A stretch of 63,252 nucleotides of DNA, counting the filler, from Dicyema japonicum (lineage: Eukaryota > Animalia > Dicyemida): assembly GCA_011109175.1 (NCBI GenBank). It is 9 parts of 9 records of this genome, joined end to end, with 100 filler letters (N's around TTAATTAATTAA, not from the genome) between each part and the next. Parts side by side here need not be neighbours in the genome. Positions count along the whole stretch, not along the records: positions 35,466 to 43,557 come from RDEW01000118.1; positions 43,658 to 47,071 come from RDEW01000243.1; positions 47,172 to 51,191 come from RDEW01000322.1; positions 51,292 to 54,799 come from RDEW01000112.1; 5 more parts are not named here. The stretch is one strand, 5' to 3'. Numbering within the stretch: position 1 is the first letter of the stretch; each line of letters opens with the position of its first letter. The notes under the pieces were generated by a model. That model was not told the DNA's origin and searched no databases. It worked only from the letters and a program-made list of their open reading frames with translations. The translations under genes were made by a program, and so were the position numbers. Below are positions 39,648-52,740 of the stretch, piece after piece.

Positions 39648-41543
39648 ATGGAAAAACTGCAAAAAAAGAGAATCAAGAAATCAAAAAAGGAAAATAATCT
39701 CCAAGTAAAAAGAAACACCAATTACAACGATGATCTAGTAAACTGATTAAACGATTTTTTCAGCACAACTTCATCACAATGTGCAATGAGTTCCGCACAG
39801 CTTCCAGCGACAAACTCGATTCTGAGAACAAAAACGACTGTAATTATGAAGGTCTCCATAATAAACTTATTAAAGATTCGAATGAGCAAACAATTCCCCG
39901 AATAATCAACCAAATCTACCCTTTGGCAGTAAAACTGTTCAAAATCGACACATTTTATGAGCACATGAACGTAAACAACCTCAAATCTTTGCTGACAAGA
40001 TCTTCCGGGGTCAGGGTTGCTCTCAAATACTACTTAGCCGGCATAATCTCAGTAAAATAACAAATTACATAAAAGTTAATGAAAAAATCAAAAAATAATG
40101 AGAATTTGGAAGTTTATTTAAAACATTGTTGGCAATTCTCTTGTTTTTTTGTTATTTTCAAAAAACTTCCCGATTTATTGCTAAAAGTGACAAAAATCGG
40201 TTTAATTTTAGATTGTTGTTAACTTCTGGGGGACCATCGACTTAGAAGCTGTTAGAGTTCGAGCCTTTTTATTGGGACATCGTATCGTCCGCCTAGGAAA
40301 CCAAGACTTTTGTAAAAAAGCCTTAAAAGTACCAAACAACTAAAAAAATAGAAATTTACCACATGTTACGTTCAAAACAGTAAATTTGTAAATGAACGTT
40401 CCCTTCCCTTCCTAAATTTCATGATGAGGTCCCTCTGTGAGCTGTTTGCCCTCGATCACGTCCTCGCCTATCAGTATACATTCGTGTACGTCAGACAAAT
40501 GGCAATTAGACTACGGACTGCTACAATTGTCCACGACTCAGTATATTGGTCGTTTTATTTGGTAGAAAGATCTTGAGGTTATTCGTGGTTGGCAATTTGT
40601 TTGTTCTCTCCGTCTTTGGACTCGGGTTGTGTCTTGTTGGTGTTCATCTAAAGTCTCATCTAGTCAGAAAATGAAACTGTTAGTACACCCATTAGTCCAG
40701 ATCATGACTTGTACTATAAAGTAAGTGGAGTAGTGACCAGGCTGTTCAATTCCGTTCGTTATGTGCCATTGAGGTTACATTTGGTGGATTTACTGAAAGA
40801 ACTAAGCAAAGCGAGTGGATTGTTTATTCCAACTCTCGGACTTGTTTTGGAGGTATTTCTTGTGTTTGATGTGAGGTTTTCGATTTGGTCGATTTTAATA
40901 AACGGCATTCAAGTTTGTCGGTCAAAAAATTTGATTTGCCTGTAATGATTCATTTTTCTGACCAGCAAATGAAAGAAAAGGTCTTTTTGGAGTGTATTGC
41001 TGACTGCATTGAAATTGGGATTGTTGAGTCTCTTCACATCCACCAACAGTCCATGGGATTCCCGGAGCTAGTTGTACCTCTGACGATGAAAGTTTTTTCG
41101 TCTTTTTACGGATTAGATTCGGAAATTTTTGAAGAGATGTCGTGTTCTTAACTATTTCCGTCGAATAAAAAACTTGCTTGTGAAAATTGAGGAGAATTCG
41201 TTCTTTATTGCACACAGACGGACTTCTAAACCACGATTTGATGTCAGGGTTGGTTGTTATTTGTAGAGTGATAATGCTTTGGTTGAATTGAGCCCTTTTT
41301 CTACTTTTTATGAGCAATGGAAGAAGGAACGTGGCGTCAAGGCTCACGATTTTCATGACAAGAAATTGGTTTTGAATTATATGTAATCGGCAGACTCGTT
41401 TTGAGAAATAGGTTACGGGGAAGAGGAAAATGGGTGATGATATATCTTGTTCTACAAGAAATAAGAAGGCTAGATTAGATGTTAAGTTGGAGTTGAATGA
41501 TTCCGACAATGATTCTGACTTTTTGGTGAATGTTAAAGAATAA
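39648..41543 (+). CDS. NOC2L: Nucleolar complex protein 2 (NOC2L/Noc2), about 10 tiny introns
   Basis: Spliced frame gives VRAFL, YVQNSKF, LAYQYTFVYVRQMAIRLR, WQFVCSLRLW, RYVPLRLH, FIPTL, VDFNK and MGFPELVVP. Introns: 39738-39763, 40052-40075, 40187-40211, 40329-40351, 40541-40565, 40721-40740, 40853-40875, 41092-41116, 41243(or 41249)-41266, and probably 41384-41411 (the last one is ambiguous). Confidence 0.95.
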
Positions 41544-41849
41544 TTTGTGGTTGCTTTTATTTAACTGTTTTTGCTTTCGATTAGACAGCTGTATTTAATA
41601 TAAAAACGTGTAGGGTGATTTGATTTAGTAGTTTTATTTAAATGATTGTTTTCTCTTTTCTAGTTTGAGATTCAGTAATAGTATGTGTCATTCAAATAAA
41701 TAATTTAAGAGAAAGATAAAACACTATAAGTAAAAATTTTGCATGTCAATTAATAAATTAATTTCCATCTCATTCGTCATCATCGCCCCTGCTCCTCTCG
41801 TTAGTTTACTCTATATGGTCGTATAGGCTGAAGAACACATGTTCGGAGA

Positions 41850-42240
41850 ATGCCTCTTAGTCACCTGAAAAGACAGATGGGCTCGCAGAAGAGGAGGAGC
41901 GTATTGTCAAGAAGACATCTCTGGTCGCTGTCAAGCTCAAGAACGCCTTTAACAACGTCAGGCGAGGCCAAATTATCGAGGCCTGAATTCAAATGGTTCC
42001 TGAGATCGCCCATTTTATGCATCTCTCCTACAGCGAGGTCTCTTATCGTCCGATGCTACCATCAGGGGGCTCATTAACTCGGTCATCGGTGACCGATCTC
42101 GTCTGATCTCTGCTTTGCACAGGCTTGGTCACGGTGTAAGTCATTGGAGCGAGAATGGATGACTTCATTGCATTATCCACTAAGAAGTATTTTGCGCTTT
42201 CTCCGGAATGTGTGAAAGTGATTAACCTTGTTATCGTGAA
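41850..42240 (+). mobile_element. CRE-like RT fragment
   Basis: SLVAVKLKNAFNNVRR...HLSYS...HQG...MDDF. Confidence 0.7.
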
Positions 42241-42319
42241 CATAATAATTGAGAATGGATTATGTTGAACTGTCGAATCCCTTTTGTGTTAAACTGTTGA
42301 ATGATCGAAATAATTTTTT

Positions 42320-42540
42320 TCATCTTTTCGATGAAAATTCACAATAAAAATAAGAATAGAATTGCTTCCAGTTAAAATGATTTTTTTTCCTACGTTCGGA
42401 CATTAAACTTGCTCCAACGACGTGCCCCATTTCATACTCCTCTTCTGAGCGACAATCGAAGATGTTGTAGTTAAGAAACACATCTCCAAAATCATTTCTG
42501 ATAATTTTAAACACGTATTTGGGGGGTAATGAGAGGCACC
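42320..42540 (-). pseudogene. CDC25: CDC25 phosphatase catalytic (rhodanese) fragment
   Basis: YNIFDCRSEEEYEMGHVVGA and FYCEFSSKR (CX5R loop; CDC25 has IDCRYPYEYEGGHI and HCEFSSERG). A stop follows the catalytic Arg and the fragment is truncated on both sides. Confidence 0.8.
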
Positions 42541-42689
42541 GAAAGTAGGCTCAATTTCAAATTCGATTTTGTAAAGATTCATTTTTCTGATCAAAATAGA
42601 TTCAAATTCGGGAAAGTAATCGTAAAAAAAATTTCAAGATTTGAAATTGGTTGTTGATTTATGATTTGTTCAGTAACATTGTCATCTAT

Positions 42690-43000
42690 GAGAGACAAGT
42701 TTCGTGAACGAGCTATATTAGCTCCGCTAAATGATGAGGTACTTAATATAAATTTAGATTTATTAATCCAAATCCCTGGAGAAGAAAGAATATATAAATC
42801 GGTGGACGTTATTATGGACCATGAAAGAGCCTGCGAATATCCGGACGAATTTTTAAATTCCTTAGATCCCTCTGGAATGCCGAATCATCTTTTAAAATTA
42901 AAGATAGGCGTTCCAGTGATTTTATTACGAAATCTTGCGCCTCCTAAATTATGCAACGGAACGAGGTTAGTTATCAAAAATTTGATGGCTAACGACTCTC
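42690..43000 (+). mobile_element. Helitron PIF1-like helicase fragment
   Basis: RAILAPLN...YPDEFLNSLDPSGMPNHLLKLKIGVPVILLRNLAPPKLCNGTRL. Confidence 0.9.
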
Positions 43001-43059
43001 TCATTAATATACAAAACATTGAAATGAGTGTAAAACACAATTTATTGGGGAATTAATAA

Positions 43060-43521
43060 TCAAGTAGACGACCCACTCTCGGAATCAAATTTATGCAAAT
43101 ACCCGTCAATGCGGGAATCCACATCATTCTGTCCACTCAACCTCAAATACTTGTTCTCGTAGTACTGCCAATACAACCAAGTCATCACCCTCTTTGTACG
43201 CAGCACATTGGCAAACTGCACTGATATTTTGTCAAAGTCCTTCATCACACTTCTCAGTTTGCAGTTCATTTGGTTAATACTCCCCTCCATCTCCCCATTC
43301 CTCGACTCCAATTGTCTATTCCGCCCACTCACACGTAGAAGACGACTCTCATACTCACTCCGCATACTCTCTACCCTCTACAATACAACAACTCCACCAC
43401 CCTCTCACTCTCCAGTCGACAACACTCCGTAGAAGACGACTCTCATACTCACTCCGCATACTCTCTACCCTCTACAATACAACAACTCCACCACCCTCTC
43501 ACTCTCCAGTCGACAACACTC
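43060..43521 (-). other. Unidentified coiled-coil-like coding fragment with 94-bp tandem duplication
   Basis: ORF 43060-43365 (101 aa). Duplicated units start at 43334 and 43428. Confidence 0.3.
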
Positions 43522-43659
43522 CATCTCACTCCTCAACTCCTCGTTCTTCTTACTGAGNNNNNNNNNNNNNNNNNNNNNNNNNNNNNNNNNNNNNNNNNNN
43601 NTTAATTAATTAANNNNNNNNNNNNNNNNNNNNNNNNNNNNNNNNNNNNNNNNNNNNTA

Positions 43660-45100
43660 GATATTGAAAACGGATGCCTAACTCCGCTAAAAAACCTAGA
43701 AAACAAATCTAAGAACAATAAACTAACTAAACGACATTTCGAAAAACACTCACTGATTGCATTAGAAAGGATGAGAGTCAAGGTAGAAACTTATCTGCCA
43801 CCAGGACAATGTGGATTCCGAAATGGCAGATCTACCTTCGGTTCACAATAGGAAACNTTAAGTCAATTGCTAATGAAAATAAAATTTATTTATTGACCCC
43901 AGAAAAATCATTTGAAGAAGACATTGCACTAGATATTGGAAAAGGATGCCTAACTCCGCTAGAAAACCTAGAAAACAAATCTAAGAGCAATAAACCTACT
44001 AAACGACATTTCGAAAAACACTCACTGATTGCATTAGTAAGAATAAGAGTCAAGGTAGAAGCTTTTCTGCCACTAAGACAAAGTGGTTTCCGAAATAGCC
44101 GATCCACCTTCGGTTCACAATAAACCTAGAAAACAAATCTAAGAGCAATAAACCTACTAAACGACATTTCGAAAAACACTCATTGATTGCATTAGAAAAA
44201 ATAAGAGTCAAGGTAGAAGCTTTTATGCCACTAAAACAAAGTGGTTTCCGAAATAGCCGATCCACCTTCGGTTCACAATGGGAAATTTATTGAAGTACTT
44301 ATGACCTTCCTAACTTGAGACGATTTCACTCATCTGGCTACCAAATTGATGTAAACTATGTCAAATTATTTTTATACTTACGGGGCATACTACAGGGAAA
44401 CTCCCTGTTCATTATCTATTTAGAAGCAGCACTTAGAGACTTTATGCCTCTCTTAGATAACAACAAATGCAATGAAATAATATTCGCTTATGATGTCGAC
44501 TTTGTTTCTGATGGCGACGAAACCATTTAGCACTTTCTTAGCATACCACCGAATGTATTTTCTAAATGGTCTCTAACATTTCACCAAATAAAACGGAATA
44601 CACAAAAACGGTTTGTATTAAACGCACTAATGATGTGGTTTGAAGAAGGCATAAAAAGTCGGCTGACTTCCCGGCGATTCGTAAGATTTTGACAACAGGA
44701 TAAAACTATCGATTGGACCATTTAACCAATTTTTTTAACATCTGATGCTTAAAATAGTTAACTACAAAGACAAAGCTAAAAATATACAATTGCGATTAAN
44801 TGCACCATTTAACCATTTTTTAACATCTGATGCTTAAAATAGTTAACTAAAAAGACAAAGCTAAAAATATACAATTGCGATTAACGCCTCGGCATGGGGA
44901 ATTACGAGGATTGACTTAAACAGCTTAAACAAGTTCCACTGAAACTAATTAAGAAAAATCAAAAAGACAAAATTCCCAAGAAAGATGTCAAACTCGGCTC
45001 TATATATAAGTGGATGTTCGTAATCAAAATGACGACTTCCAACGAAAAGTCACATCCTACGAATAAACGGACTGGCTACACCAAACAAGCAATTATTTTA
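43660..45100 (+). mobile_element. RTE-like LINE RT region with local triplication
   Basis: LPPGQCGFRNGRST present in three near-copies (43670-44280), then LFIIYLEAALRDF and FAYDVDF. Confidence 0.85.
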
Positions 45101-45924
45101 CATAGTCGGAAGGAGCATTTCACGTAAGGCCCAGAGGTACTTTGCTTACAGTATTAAACGAAGATGTATCTCAAATAAACAAAAAGTTGATGCAAAGACC
45201 TTTATTCATTACACGCTATAGCTAGCAATAAGGGACTTTGAAAAAGGATGTTATTAAGATACTGAACATAACACAAGGAAAACTTAAGTAATTCATGATT
45301 TTCAAAGAGTGCTTATTACTAATAATCCCAGGATTAAAGATAAAATGTCACAGTCCTGTAATGTTATCATTAGGGCGATTTTTGTCAATAAAGTCAAAAT
45401 TTAATTTTTAGGTCAATGTTTATTTTTATTTAATGAGGAAGAATTGTATGGATGATTGTAATTTCAATTCTTTTCGAATAAGTCAAGAATCTCACATATC
45501 TGAATTTATCTGGATATTTCATTAAAAATCTGATGAATTTACCAAATTATTAATTTTTTAATCATAGCCAAATAAGAAAAATGGGATTTAAAAAATTTCA
45601 TCATCGTAAAATTTTACATTACACTAAAAATATAAGCGATTCTGTATATTTAGAATGATCCGCAATCAATTTTAAAAAATTATGTAATGTCTATTTTAGA
45701 TTTGGATAATAAAAATAAACTATTGAAAGTAACTTTTGAATAGATTGGGTTTATGTTTTATAAAATTCCTGAAAACTTAATAAAAGCATTTTACATTTGA
45801 ATAATAAAAATAAATTATTGAAAGTAACTTTTGAATAGATTGGGTTTATGTTTTATAAAATTCCTGAAAACTTAATAAAAGCACATTTGAATGTATTTTA
45901 CGACTCTTGAATCTGATAATGATG

Positions 45925-46067
45925 TTCTAACTTCCATGTGGATGATATTGTGTTGCTTTCACGAGATCAGGACATCCAGAACGCCGCAGAAAGAATATAA
46001 ATTGACCTGGACAGGCTTAATGCCTGGATAACAGAAAACAGGTTTGGTGAATGAAGAGAAGTCGTCT
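45925..46067 (+). mobile_element. CR1/Jockey-like RT fragment
   Basis: FHVDDIVLLS...DLDRLNAWITENR..VNEEKS. Ends at a gap. Confidence 0.7.
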
Positions 46068-46428
46068 NNNNNNNNNNNNNNNNNNNNNNNNNNNNNNNNN
46101 NNNNNNNNNNNNNNNNNNNNNNNNNNNNNNNNNNNNNNNNNNNNNNNNNNNNNNNNNNNNNNNNNNNNNNNNNNNNNNNNNNNNNNNNNNNNNNNNNNNN
46201 NNNNNNNNNNNNNNNNNNNNNNNNNNNNNNNNNNNNNNNNNNNNNNNNNNNNNNNNNNNNNNNNNNNNNNNNNNNNNNNNNNNNNNNNNNNNNNNNNNNN
46301 NNNNNNNNNNNNNNNNNNNNNNNNNNNNNNNNNNNNNNNNNNNNNNNNNNNNNNNNNNNNNNNNNNNNNNNNNNNNNNNNNNNNNNNNNNNNNNNNNNNN
46401 NNNNNNNNNNNNNNNNNNNNNNNNNNNG

Positions 46429-46550
46429 AATAGGTCCGGTTCGGTGATCTTCACAAATCCAACGCTCGGTTAATCTGTAAGCCCTTTTTTGCATTTCCTC
46501 AATTTTCCTCAAATTTTTCCAAAATGTGGTCGGTCCCCACGAGGTGCATG
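46429..46550 (-). mobile_element. Family X LINE thumb fragment
   Basis: RKIEEMQKRAYRLTERWICEDHR, nearly identical to 60270-60344. Confidence 0.7.
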
Positions 46551-47171
46551 CTTAATAAATAAATATTAAATTAATCTAAAAAATAAATTAATTTTGCAAG
46601 TCGAAATTTGACGTTAACTATTAAATCTCACTATAATTAATGTACAGTTACTTACATGAGAGCCACTTCAATCACACTTAAGCGACCACGGGTTTTGGTA
46701 GTTTTTTCATACTGATAAAAATAAAAGAAGAGGCTAGAAATCAATCTTCGTGGTGAAATTTTTCAATTGAAAACAGATCTAGAATACTAAGAATGAATAT
46801 TGAGTTTTTACTCCCTTTCAACATGCAAAGAATATTCAGGCGAGGGGCTTCGAGAAACTCAATGTCATCAAAACATTCCAAAACTCCACTTTCCAACCGT
46901 CACATTAATGTGCAGCCGTCTTATACTAACAGTTTTTGAACACGACGGTGGAGTATGCACGTGACTCATGGATTCATGAAATTTCAATTTCAAACTTATA
47001 CAAGATAAATTCTCTAAGAGCAAAATGGTTTTCATAATTAATTTCTCTGCACTTCCCTTCGTTGTAGATTCNNNNNNNNNNNNNNNNNNNNNNNNNNNNN
47101 NNNNNNNNNNNNNNNTTAATTAATTAANNNNNNNNNNNNNNNNNNNNNNNNNNNNNNNNNNNNNNNNNNNN

Positions 47172-48800
47172 CTCTCTTGATTTAAAATCTTCATTGGCAC
47201 AGAGTAAATAAGACCAAATAGTATATATAAATTTATCGAACAAATTAATCATTTCTTCATAAGAATCGATATTTTTAATTATGGAAAAAAAATTTGGAGC
47301 CAATTCTGTAAAAACAAAAAGGACAAAATGTTGATAAAAAGTTGAGATTCTAGAAAGAACGTTTTGACAAACTATAAATAAACGACGAGAAAAAACATAA
47401 TTCATAGATAATTCTCTTTCTAAAATAGAATAATAATTTTAAAAATTTGAAAATACTTTTAAGATGAATTCGTTCTATAAAGAAGATTCCCGTGATAACC
47501 TGGAAAATTATACATCTAATCTGTGATAATAGATCAAAATTTTTAGAGGTTACAACATGCTGGAAAACGTTAGCATACTAATAAAGTTATCATATATTGT
47601 ATTCGGATACCGGGTAACTGACTTCGACATGATGTACTAAATTAATTACCATTGAGAAATTCTCATCGGAAACAATTTTTCCACTAAACACAAATTAAAA
47701 TCATATATTGTATTCGGATACCGGGTAAATGACTTCGACATGATGTACTAGATTAATTACCATTGAGAAATTCTCATCGGAAACAATTTTTCCACTAAAC
47801 ACAAATTAAAAATACAATTATCAATACTCATAGCCCAGCGATTTCAAATTGTTTGATAAAATTCCGGATAAATTGTTTTTATTAATTTGCAAGAAACTTT
47901 GATAATGTGAAATCTAAATAAATTTTTATTTAATATCAAGCCACTAACCACTCCGAAAATATCTAAAATAAGTTTTTGTGAAACAATTGGATCGTATAAA
48001 ATATAATTTTTCTAAAAATAGAATTAAAAATAATATAACAATAATGAGTTCCAAATGTTCAATCAAGTTGAAGTGTCTTTTGAGTACACCGACAATATTC
48101 TGGGAGTATTTAACTCTTTTGTTATTAATCATCTCGGCGGTTATTTTCTTAAGTTCAATTACAGGATTTTCAATAATTTCACTCTTAAATATCCTAAATC
48201 AATATTTGTTAAAACAAACAATTCATTTTTCAGAGAAATGCCATCATTCGTGTTGAAATAATCTAAAATACAGTCGATAACAGCGTATTGTAGATTATCA
48301 TTGCCATCTGTCATAGAATCGTAAAAATTATGATTTTCAGAATTTGAACTCTGAATTTGTATATTTTCATATAAATTAAAATATTTTATTAATTTGCAAA
48401 AAACTCTATCTCCAAGAAAATCTATGACTAAAATTAAAACCATATTACCATTTTTTATGTCACAATAATTTTTTTTTACTTCATTAAAAATTGATTGAAT
48501 TTTTCCGATGATCAGACATCCAATTATAGTATCTTTATTAAAGATATCAGGAAAAATTGTTCCACGAGATATTTTACAATCAAAAACCCGGCCATAAAAA
48601 ACATTCCTTCTGAACATATATTCACTAAAATAGAATGTTATATAAAAATAATAAATACATATCTGGAAAATTATCATTCATTTGAAAATTAAAATAAGAT
48701 CTGAATAAACTTACATCTAATAAATTGAGATACATTCGAATGGAACAAATCCACAGCGAAAAAACAGAAGAAATCTAATCCAAATATTTTTAATATAAAA
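47172..48800 (-). CDS. Hypothetical AT-rich protein (partial, gap-bounded), tiny introns
   Basis: ORFs 48159-48677, 47944-48132 and 47172-47405 on one strand. Frames can be joined by short GT-AG introns (e.g. a 26-nt one near 48195-48220). Coding-like sequence also lies beyond the gap (49710-50600). Confidence 0.45.
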
Positions 48801-51289
48801 ANNNNNNNNNNNNNNNNNNNNNNNNNNNNNNNNNNNNNNNNNNNNNNNNNNNNNNNNNNNNNNNNNNNNNNNNNNNNNNNNNNNNNNNNNNNNNNNNNNN
48901 NNNNNNNNNNNNNNNNNNNNNNNNNNNNNNNNNNNNNNNNNNNNNNNNNNNNNNNNNNNNNNNNNNNNNNNNNNNNNNNNNNNNNNNNNNNNNNNNNNNN
49001 NNNNNNNNNNNNNNNNNNNNNNNNNNNNNNNNNNNNNNNNNNNNNNNNNNNNNNNNNNNNNNNNNNNNNNNNNNNNNNNNNNNNNNNNNNNNNNNNNNNN
49101 NNNNNNNNNNNNNNNNNNNNNNNNNNNNNNNNNNNNNNNNNNNNNNNNNNNNNNNNNNNNNNNNNNNNNNNNNNNNNNNNNNNNNNNNNNNNNNNNNNNN
49201 NNNNNNNNNNNNNNNNNNNNNNNNNNNNNNNNNNNNNNNNNNNNNNNNNNNNNNNNNNNNNNNNNNNNNNNNNNNNNNNNNNNNNNNNNNNNNNNNNNNN
49301 NNNNNNNNNNNNNNNNNNNNNNNNNNNNNNNNNNNNNNNNNNNNNNNNNNNNNNNNNNNNNNNNNNNNNNNNNNNNNNNNNNNNNNNNNNNNNNNNNNNN
49401 NNNNNNNNNNNNNNNNNNNNNNNNNNNNNNNNNNNNNNNNNNNNNNNNNNNNNNNNNNNNNNNNNNNNNNNNNNNNNNNNNNNNNNNNNNNNNNNNNNNN
49501 NNNNNNNNNNNNNNNNNNNNNNNNNNNNNNNNNNNNNNNNNNNNNNNNNNNNNNNNNNNNNNNNNNNNNNNNNNNNNNNNNNNNNNNNNNNNNNNNNNNN
49601 NNNNNNNNNNNNNNNNNNNNNNNNNNNNNNNNNNNNNNNNNNNNNNNNNNNNNNNNNNNNNNNNNNNNNNNNNNNNNNNNNNNNNNNNNNNNNNNNNNNN
49701 NNNNNNCTTCTTCACACAACTGATCATTTCCAGTGAATGAAAAAAAGTTACTCAAATCACTATTCTATTAAATTATTTAACGTATAATTTAACAATTTCA
49801 GATAAAGACGAACTATAGTCACTGGATATTAATGATTCAGGGCATTCAACCGAAAAATCGATATCAGAATCTAATCTATTTATTATAAAAAGCAACCTGA
49901 TTTTGACTCTTGACAAAAAATGTGCGAATGATTAATAAATGGGGAATTATTCTTTGATGCCAAATTGAAAAGCAAGTCAAGAATACGATATTCGAGTAAC
50001 TTCTTTTATTATAAAAATTAAATCAAAAAATAACAAAAATAGAAAAAATTTACGTGCTTAACGCATTTGGTGCTAGACGAAATGCCATCTAATCCAAATA
50101 TATATTGGACTAAATTTATAAAAGAGATAGCTTTTTCTGTTTGACAAGAGATAATAAATTTTTCTTTGAATCTGTGAAAATTAAATAAATTCCAAATTTT
50201 AGTTATTATTAAGAATTATACCCAATAATTTTAGCTTTCACACAATTCTCGTCAGTATTGGACCGAACTTGATAGCGAAAGCATTTAATTATTTTATTAG
50301 CAGAACGTTCTATGTTAATTTTGTCAGTCTGTTTAAATAAAATAAATCCAGTAAGACTTTAAATACCTGATTTCCAGCAACAAAATTAATTAGTTTTCGA
50401 ATGTTGTCAAAATTCATAATAATTTAATTCCGTTTTCAAACAGTGATACGTATTTCTGAAAGAGTATATCCACAACGAGATTAGGAAAATTAAAATAAGT
50501 TTAATAAATTCTAATAGTTATGAAAAATAAAGAAAATTAAGTGTGGTTGATTACTGGGTTGTTAATAATAGAGAAAATACTTTAAGACTTTTAACGGCCT
50601 TGGTTTTGATATGAAATAACCCGAACCTGAAGTAACTCACGAGTATACTCTTTTCTATTTCGTCAAGCGAAATTTGTTCAACAGATTAAGTATTGTTGTA
50701 ATATTACGTTTTTCTCTCTGTGCTAAGTACAAATGGCATTTTAGTGCTCGGAATGATGGATATTCCATATATAAACCAATTTACAAGAAACATATTCGCT
50801 TGATATTTCCTTCAAACAATCGTTCAAGACAGCATGACCTTTTATTCGAGAACTCAATAGCTACTATTTATTTTATCCAAATTTATATTGAATTAATTTT
50901 AGATATTCAATAAAATAATAGACATAGACATAAAGAAAATTAGAAACATATTCGCTTGATATTTCCTTCAAACAATCGTTCAAGACAGCATGACCTTTTA
51001 TTCGAGAACTCAATAGCTACTATTTATTTTATCCAAATTTATATTGAATTAATTTTAGATATTCAATAAAATAATAGACATAGACATAAAGAAAGTTAAA
51101 CGAAACAAATCTAAGGTGGTTGATATATCCAATTTAGACTTCCACCGAACGCAACTGCGAACACTATGCTGGGTACAATGGCCGACACGGANNNNNNNNN
51201 NNNNNNNNNNNNNNNNNNNNNNNNNNNNNNNNNNNTTAATTAATTAANNNNNNNNNNNNNNNNNNNNNNNNNNNNNNNNNNNNNNNNNN

Positions 51290-52110
51290 NNTTCAGGTAG
51301 CCAGGTCTCATTCCGTCGAGCCCGCCACTGCTACTAAAGGCAAACTTCCGTATTGCGAGGAGAACTTTATCGTTTGATGTAATCAGGAGACTCACTCCGG
51401 ATGGGGGAGCGACTTGCGTAAGTTTTGGGTGGCAGTGAATGCTTGTTCAGTAAAGTATTGTAGCCGTATGGAGTCGGTTTTCGTAGTCCACTTGAGGAAA
51501 GTGCTCTGATAGCTGCGCGGGTGCCACCTTTGATTAACTTCAAACGAACAGTTCTTTTGAGACGGAGCACTTCGACTTTCGTTATGATCAAGTGTCTCCC
51601 TCGTACGATTAAAGCCATGGGACAACTGAATATGTGGATGCCTCCCAAAAAAGAACGAATTTTGGTCCTAATGATGGTAGCGAGATACTTCTTTCGTGAC
51701 CATCTTGATCAATTCCTAGTGCGGAAGGCACAAAACTTAATAAGCGCATCCAATCATGTATTGCGTTAGTCCGGAGGGCATCTTGATCGTTTTGGAAAGG
51801 GCCTCAGCAGCAACAGGTTGTACGACCTTGGGAATCTTCACAGGGATAGTCCGTGAAGAACATAATTCAGAGATGAGACGTAGAAATGTTTCAGGGTCTG
51901 TAGTTGATGGGTTATTAACGGAAGATTAACATTGGCACGTGCACGGGGAACCTCCCTGCATAGGCCAGGCACGACTGGCAGTGCCATACTCAAGCACGCT
52001 GCTGCTGCTTGGGATTGCTTGATACACCCGAGGTGGAAGAAATCTCCACAAGCAGAGCAGGAGATCCCACGCTTCCAAGTTCTGATAAGCCGATAGGACG
52101 AACAATTCAT
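51290..52110 (-). mobile_element. CRE-like retrotransposon 5' region with PHD-like finger
   Basis: GISCSACGDFFHLGC..WHCQ; LIKGGTRAAIRALSS; LNKHS; AIRKFAFSSSGGLDGMRPGYL (CRE SAGGxDGLRP motif). Confidence 0.75.
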
Positions 52111-52159
52111 TTATGATTTAGCTGGGAAAATTTAAAAAATTATATCCTAATCTTTTTCA

Positions 52160-52740
52160 TGTAAATTGCCCACATTTTGCATAATTGTTTAATGGAGGTC
52201 GGAAAATCTTATCCAAAAGTTGATGATGTGATAGCTATCGCACATGCTTCTACTGGGAAAAACCAAAAGCGAAAATTGTTGTTTTCTGAAATTGGAATTC
52301 CCCCCAAAGTCGTATTAACGAGATGGGGTACCTGGTTGAAGGCTGCATCTATTTATTCGAAAAATTTAATCCCAGTGATTAACATTTTTGAGTTAATTAA
52401 GGACGAAGGCATTTTAGTAACTTCTACAAAGAATGCATTGAAAGCTGAAAAAATAGTACAGAGCTTATGCGCTATTTCGCATAACTATTCACATATTCCA
52501 GGTTGTTCTTATATAGTAATTTATCACAGAAAAATATTACAATTTGAAAGTAACGAGTGTACAATAGAGTGCGCATATTCGACGCTTAGTGATATAGATT
52601 TTGGGAAAGATGAAACAGGAGTTAAACAACATTTGGAGAAGAGAATTTTGGAAAGCGACCTAACTAAAATTATTAATGTGGAATGTAAAAATGTCTCTCC
52701 TAATTTTTTTTCTTTTAAAATATTTTTATTAAGGAGGGGA
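52160..52740 (+). mobile_element. hAT-related (DUF659/RNase H-like) transposase fragment
   Basis: AHILHNC..YPKVDDVI...PPKVVLTRWGTWLKAASIY. Confidence 0.7.

Noticed and set aside
40922-41509. 195-aa minus-strand ORF
   Set aside because: It is an antisense shadow of NOC2L. The same applies to antisense ORFs over FBXO47 and the CRE elements.
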